From positions 1 to 52,703 of the IMG/VR virus record IMGVR_UViG_3300027515_000001: a stretch of 52,703 bases of DNA. The stretch is one strand, 5' to 3'. Positions within the stretch are counted from its first letter, which is position 1. Every line of letters starts with the position of its first letter. This stretch comes from a virus. Its lineage: Duplodnaviria > Caudoviricetes. Below are positions 9,722 to 17,782 of this stretch, one piece after another. Under the pieces are notes generated by a model that saw nothing but the letters and a program-made list of their open reading frames with translations, had not been told where the DNA came from and made no database searches. The position numbers and the translations under genes are program-made.

Positions 9722-10153
9722 TCAAGAGGGAAGATCGACCGGAATGATTATCCGTTCCCATACATTCAATCGTCGCCGCTTCTCGTCGATTTGTGCGATC
9801 TGCACAAACCCGCGTTTTGCATAAAAAGCATTGGCGGGTTCATCAACAGGGCATTTGGCAATGATACGAAACGGGCTGGGGAAATAGGAACGGAGCGTTT
9901 GAATAAGACCGTTCAGCAATTTTGTGCCAACGCCACACTGCGGCTGCTCCACGCACACCAACGAAATCGTTGCGTGCTGTGCTAAAACGCCGAACCGCAA
10001 CCACCCAACCACGCGCTGATCCGTCGTGTCAAACGCAACCAGCAACCGCTTGCGCGCATGCGCATCTTCCACCATCGCCCGTGAGACAAACCCAAACACG
10101 TTCCGGTATCGCTGCACAATTGCAACGCATTGCGAAATAAGTTCCTCGTTCAT
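9722..10153 (-). CDS. GNAT family N-acetyltransferase
   Basis: VVGWLRF, ISLVCVEQPQCGVGTKLL (acetyl-CoA motif A), ANAFYAKRGF. Confidence 0.85.
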   Translation of the reverse strand: MNEELISQCVAIVQRYRNVFGFVSRAMVEDAHARKRLLVAFDTTDQRVVGWLRFGVLAQHATISLVCVEQPQCGVGTKLLNGLIQTLRSYFPSPFRIIAKCPVDEPANAFYAKRGFVQIAQIDEKRRRLNVWERIIIPVDLPS

Positions 10154-10177
10154 TCCTGCTCCTTGTTGTTGGTGGGT

Positions 10178-10561
10178 TCAACCGCGCACATTGTCGCCCC
10201 CTTTCATCGCTTCAGAAATAACATCAGCAACCGGCAGAAAGAAATCCCGCGCCTCTTGAATAAGTTGCACAAATGATTTCTGTTCACCAGTCTGTCGGTC
10301 GTAAAACATCACCACGCCCGGCGCGTATCCTTCCACATCATACGTGTCAAATACGTACTGCACGAAACGGTTCCACACATCACGTAATTGCACGGGAACA
10401 TCCGGCGAAATAGCGTCTTCCTGATCCGGATATTCACACCCAAATTGCACGCTATACACGACATCGGTTTCATCGAGCGTCCCAAGATACACCGGTTCGC
10501 CGTTCGCCGGATGCGTGTCGTATATGTCAATCACGTTATCAACACAGATGAGCGTAAACAT
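10178..10561 (-). CDS. Hypothetical acidic protein
   Basis: 127 aa; GGAGG RBS; middle gene of the cassette. Confidence 0.7.
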   Translation of the reverse strand: MFTLICVDNVIDIYDTHPANGEPVYLGTLDETDVVYSVQFGCEYPDQEDAISPDVPVQLRDVWNRFVQYVFDTYDVEGYAPGVVMFYDRQTGEQKSFVQLIQEARDFFLPVADVISEAMKGGDNVRG

Positions 10562-10592
10562 TTAACCTCCGCTTGTACATCCGCAACTGCAA

Positions 10593-11033
10593 TCACGCGC
10601 TGGTGTAATACTTGTGCAAATCGTACAAATCGTAGACAACAAAGCGAGGAGGAGTATCGCCGGTTGAACGAAACGCGGGGATGATCGGGAAAACGGTAAA
10701 ACGCTTGGCGACATGTAAGACGGCGAGCAACGTGCCTTCGGTTAACGAAGGCGGGCGAACAATTACCAATTCGCCGCGCTTCGTTGCCAGACGAGGGATC
10801 AGCAAATCACCCTCCGCAAAATAGTCAATTTCGCAGTCATCGAATGCAGATTTTAACACGTTTTCAGTCTGCTCGAATACCGAACCTTCAAAGTTTACGT
10901 GGTACGGAATACGATTTTCGATAACTTTCGCTGGATTTTGAAACTTTTGTTCCAGCAAATGGGTAATTTGCGCCAATTGCTCGTCGGTCAAGGGGTGCGA
11001 AAAGTTCTTGACGACCGCCTGTAAGAAGCTCAT
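10593..11033 (-). CDS. csx15: Csx15-like protein (CRISPR-associated family homolog, phage-encoded)
   Basis: NFSHPLTDEQLAQI, VRPPSL, R-x-x-x-FP and PPRFVV..DL match the Csx15 pattern as recalled; GGAGG RBS. Confidence 0.75.
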   Translation of the reverse strand: MSFLQAVVKNFSHPLTDEQLAQITHLLEQKFQNPAKVIENRIPYHVNFEGSVFEQTENVLKSAFDDCEIDYFAEGDLLIPRLATKRGELVIVRPPSLTEGTLLAVLHVAKRFTVFPIIPAFRSTGDTPPRFVVYDLYDLHKYYTSA

Positions 11034-11130
11034 GGTAACCTCCCGTCACACTGTCTGTTGCATATCGAACGATTTGCGTGAACGTCACACCGGTTCACCG
11101 CCAAACCCCGGTGCGTGTCGCTCGACATGA

Positions 11131-11158
11131 AGTATAGCACATGTTGCATATATGCCAA
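11131..11158 (-). promoter_or_regulatory. Sigma70-type promoter for the csx15-like/GNAT cassette
   Basis: TTGGCA-16 nt-TATACT with extended -10 TG. Confidence 0.7.
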
Positions 11159-11168
11159 GAGAAGCAGT

Positions 11169-11190
11169 TTACCGCATCAGAACGCGGTAA
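11169..11190. repeat. 22-bp palindromic motif, best copy of about 9 dispersed intergenic copies
   Basis: TTACCGCATCAGAACGCGGTAA; related copies at 12103, 16860, 16966, 17084, 20535, 20666, 35048, 35107. Confidence 0.8.
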
Positions 11191-11288
11191 TCACGATTGT
11201 ATGCGAACAAATGTGCGGGATTACCGCGTAACTCGTTCGGCGATCAACGAGTTGCATGAAGAAAAATCAGACAACGAACCCTAGATTG

Positions 11289-11397
11289 CCTCTGTAGCTT
11301 TACAGGAAGGCCGTAGAGCGACGAAAACCCTCGACCCTATATGATCCCTTATTTCGACTGCAAAACGCTTATAAGCCTTCCTGTGACGTTATAGAGG
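11289..11397. repeat. Imperfect 32-bp inverted repeat containing the ACAGGAAG motif
   Basis: 11289-11320 CCTCTGTAGCTTTACAGGAAGGCCGTAGAGCG versus reverse complement of 11366-11397. Confidence 0.75.
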
Positions 11398-11924
11398 ATT
11401 TTCCACATCGTGGAAAAATATACCGTATCGTGGAAACACTCGGTAAACGAAACGGGCAAGTGCAAGTTCGAGAACAGCCTCGCCGTCACTTCGTGCGATT
11501 GCGCGTCATACGCAACGGTTGCAAGTCGAACGAATTGCGTATACGCACCTTCGTGATTTATCGTGAAATATTTCACAAAGGGGGGTAGGGGGGGGTTTCA
11601 TCGACGCACAGTTTCTAACACCAGCGTAATAGAGCATTATCGAAAATACGCAAGGAGGGGTAATACATGATTTTATAACCACGTTATAGAAAATCTTTTT
11701 AGAAACACTTCGTAATACGTTTCTATACACGTTAAAGAGAATAATTTTAGTAAGATCGCGTAAAGAGATCGTATAATACTATTACGTAATAAGATTATTT
11801 AGTAAGATTATGTAATAAGATTACGTAATAAAATAACATAATAAGATAATTCATAGTATTGTATAATAGTATTATGTAATAATACGTGTTAATAAGTATC
11901 GTAATAATCAGAGAGAATAACTTG

Positions 11925-12002
11925 TAAGAATAATTAGTAAGAATAATTAGTAAGAATAATTAGTAAGAATAATTAGTAAGAATAATTAGTAAGAATAATT
12001 AG
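11925..12002 (+). repeat. Six perfect tandem copies of 13-mer TAAGAATAATTAG
   Basis: Read directly from the sequence; degenerate copies flank it. Confidence 0.95.
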
Positions 12003-12205
12003 AGAGAATAACTAGATAGAATAATAAGAGGGAAATATTATAAATATATATTATATTAATAAGCGCGTGCGTTCCATTTAATACGCGAAGGTAAACCTTC
12101 GTTTACCGCGTTCTAATCGCGTAAACCTTCGATTTTTCGTCATTCGTCGCGTTTTTCGCGTTGGTTTCACCGTGAGAATATGTCGTGATCGTGCAGGTTT
12201 GTGTT

Positions 12206-12258
12206 TTATTCACACGGTGTCCACACCATACTCACACGTTATCCACAGGTTATCCACA
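12206..12258 (+). promoter_or_regulatory. Five DnaA-box-like 9-mers at 11-bp period
   Basis: TTATTCACA 12206, GTGTCCACA 12217, ATACTCACA 12228, TTATCCACA 12239, TTATCCACA 12250. Confidence 0.75.
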
Positions 12259-12372
12259 ATCCGATGTTTCGTTTATGTCATCCGGCGATAGCCAAACTGT
12301 TTCGAGTTGAACCATTCTCGCGTCTATGAGAAATCTTGATGTACCGCGTCAATACGCGACATATCGCTATTC

Positions 12373-12400
12373 TTGACAGGGAGAAAACTTGTGCTATACT
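12373..12400 (+). promoter_or_regulatory. Sigma70-type promoter
   Basis: TTGACA-16 nt-TATACT with extended -10 TG. Confidence 0.8.
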
Positions 12401-12533
12401 ACGCTCAACCGCCAACCAAGTGTCGCTCATTTGTCCGTCCGCTCATTTGACCGCTGGCGTTGCATATATGTCATTTCGTCGCGTTGTTACCGGTTTGCGT
12501 ATATGCAACGCCCACCGTCGTCGTGGAGGAATT

Positions 12534-12878
12534 ATGAACATACCGGCGCAATTGGTCACGTATTGCGCATCTGCATTTGGCATGACCGTCACCGAGACGT
12601 GGCGTGCGTTGCAGGAGATGCGAGAGGGGGAACAGTTCGTTGTCGCCCACGCTGAACGAAAAGGCGCAAAATCTGAATTGAAAGTTACCAAAACTGGTAT
12701 TGGATTTCAGTATAGTTTCAATTTTCATCAAACAAAGTTTACTATTTTTACAAACGAAATTGGAGGAATATACAATCATGATTATTTTGATAATGCGCTA
12801 GATAGCTACTACGAACTTGTTCAGAAGCACAACCTTACTCCGTTGCCAGTCATCGTTCCGTCGTTTTTTCGGCTGTGA
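12534..12878 (+). CDS. Hypothetical protein
   Basis: GGAGGA RBS before MNIPAQL. Confidence 0.7.
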   Translation: MNIPAQLVTYCASAFGMTVTETWRALQEMREGEQFVVAHAERKGAKSELKVTKTGIGFQYSFNFHQTKFTIFTNEIGGIYNHDYFDNALDSYYELVQKHNLTPLPVIVPSFFRL

Positions 12879-12965
12879 CTTTGGTGACGTGACGGGTTTT
12901 TGTTGTTCGGCGCATTTGTACTTTCTGTACAAATCGCGCAACTGTGATAGCTATGAGGAGGTGAC

Positions 12966-13472
12966 ATGGTACACGTAACCTATCCTGAGTTTGCTGATCG
13001 CGTGGTCGAGCGATGGCGCAAGGCGTCGATCTCGATGGTCGGTGTGTCGCGACTTGACCCGTACAACCTTGACGCTCCCGCTCAAGCGATTACGTTGACG
13101 GAAGAAACACCGATTATCGAACTTTATTCGGAACGTGAAGTATTTGCATTTGCGCAATTGAACCGTAAGATCATCGAATTGGGGCTGATCGTGAAGGAAG
13201 GCACGCAAGCAGCGCCTGATGTGAACTTGACGAACGCGGTCTCCGATGATGATCTCCGTGCGTTGCTTTTGTTGAAGCCTCAAGCATTTGCGCGAAAGAT
13301 CGAAGCGTTTACGTCGCCGATCCCGCTGCGTCGTCTGCGCGAACTGGCAGACGACACGACGCCGATCTGGATCGTTAAGGCAATTGAAAAGCGGTTACAT
13401 AGTTTGACCGAAAACAATTTGACTGGCGGTCAAACCTCGTCTGATAGTCATCAAGCGTCGTCTGAAACATGA
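12966..13472 (+). CDS. Hypothetical protein (possibly virion-associated)
   Basis: GAGGAGG RBS; first gene of the neck/tail operon. Confidence 0.7.
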   Translation: MVHVTYPEFADRVVERWRKASISMVGVSRLDPYNLDAPAQAITLTEETPIIELYSEREVFAFAQLNRKIIELGLIVKEGTQAAPDVNLTNAVSDDDLRALLLLKPQAFARKIEAFTSPIPLRRLRELADDTTPIWIVKAIEKRLHSLTENNLTGGQTSSDSHQASSET

Positions 13473-13498
13473 ACGAGACGTAAAAACGAGACATAAAC

Positions 13499-13852
13499 AT
13501 GCCACCGACATCTTTGCCGCTGAACGTGCAACAACAAGTTGAGCAATTTTTCACAACTCCGGTTGCGGTACGTACCAAAACGCGCACTGTTGCGCCGGAT
13601 GGGACAATTGTCGAAACGTATCAAACGCGCACAATACATTGTTTGATCGCTCCGCGAAGCCGGGGAACGTTGCGCGGGGAGCGAGATTATCGGGCGATTG
13701 ACGATAATTCGGTTGTTGTTTATACGCACAAAGGTGTAACGATAACTGTTGATGACGAAATCGACATTGATGGTAAATGGTTGCGAGTGTCGTATGTGTA
13801 CCCGAATGTCGGCGTGTATCGGGCGTTTTTGGCGATAGGTGATAAGGAATGA
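13499..13852 (+). CDS. Head-closure/head-tail adaptor protein (SPP1 gp16-like)
   Basis: 117 aa, beta-rich, ITVDDEIDIDGKWLRV pattern; position. Confidence 0.65.
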   Translation: MPPTSLPLNVQQQVEQFFTTPVAVRTKTRTVAPDGTIVETYQTRTIHCLIAPRSRGTLRGERDYRAIDDNSVVVYTHKGVTITVDDEIDIDGKWLRVSYVYPNVGVYRAFLAIGDKE

Positions 13853-14205
13853 CAAGTACGAAATGGACATCGCGCTTTCCGAAGTTAGCCGCGTCGTTGC
13901 GATACGCGACGGAGCAGGGCGCGCAACAAGCTGGCGTCGCAATTGTTGCGAAGGCGAAACAATTAGTTCCAGTTGAGACTTCTTCTCTCCAACGCACAAT
14001 TCGATTGGAAGGGCCGGCGCAACAATTTGACATTAAGTATCAAGTGTTGGCGGGCGACACGTCGGCTGTTCGGGTCGGATATGGGTATCCGGTGTTTTAC
14101 GCTGCGTATGTTGAATATCTCAACAGACCGTATCTGACGCCAGCGGCGAATGATGTTGATCTTGCCGCCTATGTCAAATCGGCGCTGCTCGAACAATGGA
14201 CATGA
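13849..14205 (+). CDS. HK97 gp10-like tail completion protein
   Basis: AKQLVPVETSSLQRTI...YAAYVEY...RPYLTPA. Confidence 0.8.
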   Translation: MTSTKWTSRFPKLAASLRYATEQGAQQAGVAIVAKAKQLVPVETSSLQRTIRLEGPAQQFDIKYQVLAGDTSAVRVGYGYPVFYAAYVEYLNRPYLTPAANDVDLAAYVKSALLEQWT

Positions 14206-14229
14206 CAACCATTTGCTTTGTGATTTGGT

Positions 14230-15348
14230 ATGATCCGCTACCGCACTGACTTGTGGACTGCGACTAATCAGCACCGCAGTCAAACTAATTACATCGTTAT
14301 TCATCACGCCGCCGCTCGGTATCGTCCGGGGCAGGCGGTTTCAGCGATCTACAATTTTCATAAAAGCAAATGGCCAGCATATAACGCCGCCGGATACCAT
14401 ATCATTCTGCAAGAAGAACCTGACGCGACGATCAGTATTAATCTCGTCAACTGCCCGTTCATTGTCGGCGCTGGCGTTGCGCAACGCAATCACGAAACGT
14501 TTCACATCTGCCTGGCCAGCGATTTCACGAACGCTATCCCTGAACCGCAGTGGATTGACGCAACCCGCGAAGCAATTCGTTTCGCGCGCAACTTGTTTCC
14601 CGATGCGCAATTAGTTGGCCATCGTGACATCGCGGTGCGCGGCTATGAAACGGCGTGCCCCGGCAATCGCTGGCGTGAATGGAAGCTGTTACTCGAACAG
14701 CCGCCGCAATCGCCGGAGTTGCCGACAGAGCCGACGTTGCCAGCAATTACGGTTGACACGCCGCTTGTTGGCGATGTTGTCGCGCTAACAACGCAGCGCA
14801 TTGTTGATATTGCGCTACGAATTGCATCGAAAACAAGATCATATTCTCTCGCCGATATTGTATTAATTGTACAAGCGTATCATTCAATAAGCGTTGCTGC
14901 AAAAATGAATGTATTCATCCCGTTAGCACAAATGATCCACGAAACGGGATGGTTGACGAGTTTTTGGTCTCAGCGTCCGCAGCGCAACCCCGCTGGCATT
15001 GGCGTCACCGGCGAGTGGCAGCGCGAAAAGCCGGTAAATCCGAACGGATGGGCGTATAACACGCAGCGCAATCGGTGGGAGCGTGGAATTAGTTTTCCGT
15101 CATGGATTTCGGCGAGCGTTCCGGCGCATGTCGGTCGATTGCTTGCGTATGCGTTGACGGATGACGAGGCCGATCAGCAGCAGAAATATTTGATAACGAC
15201 CGCGCTTTCGTACCGGCCATTACCAGATCGATTGCGTGGAAAGTGTAAAACATTACGCGATCTCGAAGGGACGTGGGCAGTGCCGGGCAACGGATATGCG
15301 CAACGAATTGTTGATATTGCGCAATCGCTAATGGGTGCGATGCGTTAG
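14230..15348 (+). CDS. Endolysin: N-acetylmuramoyl-L-alanine amidase plus glucosaminidase-like domain
   Basis: YIVIHH, AGYH and GHRD...TACPG (Amidase_2); Pro-rich linker; AQMIHETG, NPAGIG, GTWAVPG.GYA (GH73-like). Confidence 0.88.
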   Translation: MIRYRTDLWTATNQHRSQTNYIVIHHAAARYRPGQAVSAIYNFHKSKWPAYNAAGYHIILQEEPDATISINLVNCPFIVGAGVAQRNHETFHICLASDFTNAIPEPQWIDATREAIRFARNLFPDAQLVGHRDIAVRGYETACPGNRWREWKLLLEQPPQSPELPTEPTLPAITVDTPLVGDVVALTTQRIVDIALRIASKTRSYSLADIVLIVQAYHSISVAAKMNVFIPLAQMIHETGWLTSFWSQRPQRNPAGIGVTGEWQREKPVNPNGWAYNTQRNRWERGISFPSWISASVPAHVGRLLAYALTDDEADQQQKYLITTALSYRPLPDRLRGKCKTLRDLEGTWAVPGNGYAQRIVDIAQSLMGAMR

Positions 15349-15359
15349 AAAGTGGCGCG

Positions 15360-15919
15360 GTGCTACGCACATTGTTGCAATCGAAACTGTTGCAGTCAGT
15401 GGCGCTGTTGCGTGTTGTTGATCTGAGCGACGCAGCACTCGAACAAGCTGCGCAGGTTCGCGGTTATGTCACTATTCCGTTGGTGACAGACCACCGGCAG
15501 ATCGCGTTGCGCGTTTGGCTGGCGCGGGAAGATGGATCAATTTGACATCAACACGTGGCGAACTGCTTTTTGTCGCAACTCGACCGGATGGAGAAGAGGA
15601 CTCATTCGCGTTTCCGTTTTATGATCAGGTGCGCGCCGAAAAGATCGCGCAATCATTTGACAAACTTCTTTGGTTTTTCAATGGGTTGCCACACGATATT
15701 CGCTGTTACGCATACTATCGATTTCTTGATCCACATCAGATTGATACCGAATTAACACAAATTGAGTTTTACGAGATTGCGCGATTGAGGGCTACGAGCG
15801 AATACGCGCAAAAACTTCACGTTTACGTAATTGTTGAGCCGGAACGTCGGCGCGTAATTGACTTTGTTGTTGGCGATCCGTTACTTTCGACCGAAAAAAG
15901 CGATGCAAAAGTTTCTTAG
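15360..15919 (+). CDS. Hypothetical protein, apparently split by a frameshift near 15530-15545
   Basis: Overlapping ORFs 15360..15545 and 15515..15919; the second lacks a good start or RBS. Confidence 0.45.
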
Positions 15920-15940
15920 TTGTGTATTTGTGTAATCAGC

Positions 15941-16327
15941 ATGACACATATTCCGCCGATTGATGCACAATTTCATCTTTTTTCCGCAGTTCGGCGGGCA
16001 ATCATGCCGGTTGTGTCGGTGCCGGTGTTTGCGTTGCAAGCGCCACCCGCACAATCGCCGCCGTTTATCGTGTTGCGGCTGCAAGACGACGTGCGGAAAT
16101 TACTCTATGTCGATCATTTCTGCGGAAAAACGCTTCTTTCGGTGGTCGCGGTTGCAGAAACGTCGGCTTCTGCGTGGCAATTTCAGCACCTTATTCAGCC
16201 GGTGTTGCACCAACAAACGCTTTCCGAAGGCGAAAGATCGTTCTTTTTTGCATGGGATCGCTCGTTACCGCTCGAATACTACAACTATTACTCAGCAATT
16301 ACGCTCTATAGTGTCACGATCTTGTAG
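15941..16327 (+). CDS. Tail terminator-like protein
   Basis: PVFALQAPPAQSPPFIVL pattern; immediately precedes the tail tube gene. Confidence 0.65.
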   Translation: MTHIPPIDAQFHLFSAVRRAIMPVVSVPVFALQAPPAQSPPFIVLRLQDDVRKLLYVDHFCGKTLLSVVAVAETSASAWQFQHLIQPVLHQQTLSEGERSFFFAWDRSLPLEYYNYYSAITLYSVTIL

Positions 16328-16388
16328 CATCTGTGATAGAAATAGAGCAGCCAATAGCTGATCGTTGTAGTTTCGGAGGTAGCATCCT

Positions 16389-16823
16389 ATGTCGTATTTG
16401 ACTTTTTACGGCGGGCAAGCGTGGGTTTGTGCCGTGCCGCCCGCGGTTAACCCTGGCCCAGAAGATCTGATCCCGAACATTAGCGAAATGACGATTTCGA
16501 TTTCGCCGGAAACGAGCAAAAAAGGGCCGTATCTCAGCAATGGTGATAATTCACAATATGAGCAAGTAACCAGCGTTTCGCGGGAAGCATCGTTTACACT
16601 TGATCTTCCGCAAGCGGCATCGGCGACGGTTGATTTGCTCCGTTCGCGGGCGAATAGCGGTGAACAGGTGTGGTTCCGGTATCGGGAAGGTCTCGCTGCG
16701 GATGGCGGTTCGACTACCTACACCTTCTCGAACGCGATCATCACATCGTTCGAGAGTGCTGGCGGTGCGGATGGGATCACGGTGTCAGTTACGCTGTCAG
16801 GTACGTTGACGATTGGGGCGTAG
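16389..16823 (+). CDS. Major tail tube protein
   Basis: 144 aa, S/T/G-rich, ending YTFSNAIITSFE...VSVTLSG; GGAGG RBS. Confidence 0.75.
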   Translation: MSYLTFYGGQAWVCAVPPAVNPGPEDLIPNISEMTISISPETSKKGPYLSNGDNSQYEQVTSVSREASFTLDLPQAASATVDLLRSRANSGEQVWFRYREGLAADGGSTTYTFSNAIITSFESAGGADGITVSVTLSGTLTIGA

Positions 16824-17107
16824 TGATTTGCCTGACAGTGGTTTTGGTGTGATCGCGTTTTACTGCATTCTGATGCTTAGTGTCATTATGCGACAAATTA
16901 CCGGCGGTTGGGAGTGTAAAGCGTTTTTGGCTGGTTTTGTCGATTTCGCACGGATGTGCGTTGAAATATCGCATCAGAATGCGGTAAAATCGCGACGTTA
17001 CAGGAAGCCTTCTAAACGCTTTACACTCGATCCGTGAGATTGGTTGGCTCAGATCACAGCGTCCATTGTAGCGCGTCATCGATTTACCGCATCAGAAAGC
17101 CTAGTGT

Positions 17108-17488
17108 ATGTTTGACACAATTACGAGAAGTGAAGCGGCTGTGTTAGACGGGTGCGCCGTGTGGCCATACGAGGTTGCGCAATGGCGAACGGCGGATGGG
17201 AAACGGAAGGGCGTCAAGCTAAAAGCGTTGACACTCAAACAACGCCATGAAGCGCGACTGGCAGCAACGCAATCAGATGGGAAAGTCGATCAGCATAAGC
17301 AAATGATCGAGGAGTTACGGCGCGGCATTGTTGATCCGCCCAATTTACCAGCAGAAATTATTGAACAATGGAATGCTGATGTGGTGCTCGATATGTATCG
17401 CATGCTGCAAGAAATCGCGAAATGGAACCCGGCGTTAGTCGAAGCGGAGTTGGAACGATTGTTGAGAGAAGCAACGAACAATGAATGA
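17108..17488 (+). CDS. Tail assembly chaperone (gpG-like)
   Basis: Position between tail tube and tape measure; VKLKALT...GIVDPP. Confidence 0.7.
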   Translation: MFDTITRSEAAVLDGCAVWPYEVAQWRTADGKRKGVKLKALTLKQRHEARLAATQSDGKVDQHKQMIEELRRGIVDPPNLPAEIIEQWNADVVLDMYRMLQEIAKWNPALVEAELERLLREATNNE

Positions 17489-17491
17489 ACC

Positions 17492-17782
17492 ATGAACGAT
17501 TTTGATCGTGAACTAGCTATTTTGACGAGTTACGCATCCGGCGCGGTGGATTGGGCATATCTCTTATGTCAACAAACCGATCTGTCGCCGGGTGTTGTTT
17601 TCTCATGGTCTGACGATGACCTAATGCGTGCTATCGTTTCGTTGCGTTGGAAACGAATTGTTGACCAAGCCCATTCCATCGCGTCGGCAGAACCCATCGA
17701 GCGCGGCAAGTTGCGAGTGCGGGCGATGAAGCGTGGCATTGATGGCCGCCGCGCTGCCAAACTATCGAGAACGTTGCAATGA
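17492..17782 (+). CDS. Tail assembly chaperone C-terminal part (gpT-like)
   Basis: Directly upstream of the tape measure gene; same frame as the previous ORF. Confidence 0.6.
   Translation: MNDFDRELAILTSYASGAVDWAYLLCQQTDLSPGVVFSWSDDDLMRAIVSLRWKRIVDQAHSIASAEPIERGKLRVRAMKRGIDGRRAAKLSRTLQ

Larger units (their letters stand above)
11660..12260. other. Putative replication origin (AT-rich region plus DnaA-box array)
   Basis: Non-coding, very AT-rich and C-poor on the + strand, with tandem repeats and adjacent DnaA boxes. Confidence 0.65.

Noticed and set aside
11090-11118. Solitary CRISPR repeat (CGGTTCACC...) in the csx15-like leader
   Set aside because: Only a short prefix resembles a type I-E repeat and the hairpin does not match
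11349-11576. 75-aa minus-strand ORF
   Set aside because: No RBS, lies in a repeat-rich non-coding region, no recognisable motif
11925-12002. CRISPR mini-array
   Set aside because: Repeats are contiguous 13-mers with no spacers
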